DNA of 64,000 nt. Origin: an uncultured candidate division Zixibacteria bacterium (lineage in GTDB: Bacteria; Zixibacteria; MSB-5A5; GN15; PGXB01). The position numbers and the translations under genes were made by a program. Positions 63,428 to 64,000 of this stretch are shown here, piece after piece. The first letter of the stretch is position 1, and each line of letters begins with the position of its first letter. Below the pieces are notes generated by a model. It did no database searches and was not told where the DNA came from. It worked only from the letters and a program-made list of their open reading frames with translations. The stretch covers positions 3,520,001 through 3,584,000 of the forward strand of contig OY969724.1 in the NCBI GenBank assembly GCA_963702205.1. The letters are read 5' to 3'.

Positions 63428-64000
63428 TTACGTATGAACCACGTCGAGAACCACGGCGGCTTCACGAATCACTTTGGCGTAAGCGACCGCTTCGGAAATC
63501 ACCGCTTCCTCGAAACGCTGTTCGATTATCTTGTCGGTACTCGACCATCAAAGGCTGAGTGATGACCTCTTCGACCGCAAAGCGCGAATCGAGCCCGATT
63601 ACAAGGTCACTGGAGACGTCGTCACAACGCACCAGCGCCGAACCGAGCGGGCTGAACAACTCACCCTTGTTCTGAAAACGGAATCCGGCCATGGGACCCT
63701 TGAACTCGTCCAGAGTCAAAATCGTTTTCAAATTGCCGACCGGGCAAATCAGGGTATTCATTTCGAATGGTGCGAACTGTGACCAGAGTGTGATCAGGTC
63801 ATCGTAATCGAGCGCTCCGGAGACGGCCGTATCGACTACGCTGGCGGCGTTATCGTTGCCGTCACCGTTGATAATGCAGTCGACCACGAGCCCGATCTTG
63901 TCGGTCTGGAGCTTGAAACCGATGTACCATAAGAGTACCCTAAATTGGGCCGTAGTACGATACCGCAGCGCTTTGTAGCTGGCCTTTAGACCGAGCCCGT
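63428..64000 (-). CDS. Phage major capsid protein-like (C-terminal part; +1 frameshift at ~63536; continues beyond the window)
   Basis: G..L.ASY.ALR, IINGDGN.N.A, IGLD.RFA.EEV, then after repair DKIIEQRFEEAVISE..AYAKV. Confidence 0.7.

Overview
Bacterial chromosomal window, most likely from candidate phylum Zixibacteria or a close FCB relative. This is an inference from the dockerin-tailed secreted proteins, the TBDR/T9SS-cargo/PorV-like cassette, LPS genes and sigma-54 activators. The backbone carries a TonB-receptor operon, a divergent SBP/two-component operon, tldD/pmbA, waaF/lpxL, trpS-scpA-scpB-rluB, lipA and an HD-GYP regulator. Four things stand out. (1) An AT-rich island (~16.7-26.9 kb) in which a small secreted propeptide gene overlaps a TPR-AAA+-HTH sigma-54 activator. 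It is flanked by two paralogous lipoproteins with Cys-rich bacteriocin-like tails. Both lipoprotein genes sit behind an identically spaced cassette of paired TCGTAAWTTACGA palindromes, a -24/-12 promoter, a uORF and a hairpin. Small 2-TM immunity-like genes are also present. Together these form a candidate peptide-quorum-controlled, sigma-54-dependent toxin system. (2) A complete IS110 element inserted in a REP-like hairpin, with readable bridge-RNA guides and a circle-junction promoter. (3) A phage major-capsid-led operon with no recognisable tail or integrase genes at the right edge. (4) All seven apparent frameshifts can be repaired by deleting one base next to GTAC, which suggests methylation-linked long-read errors rather than pseudogenes. 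No tRNA, rRNA or CRISPR array was recognised.
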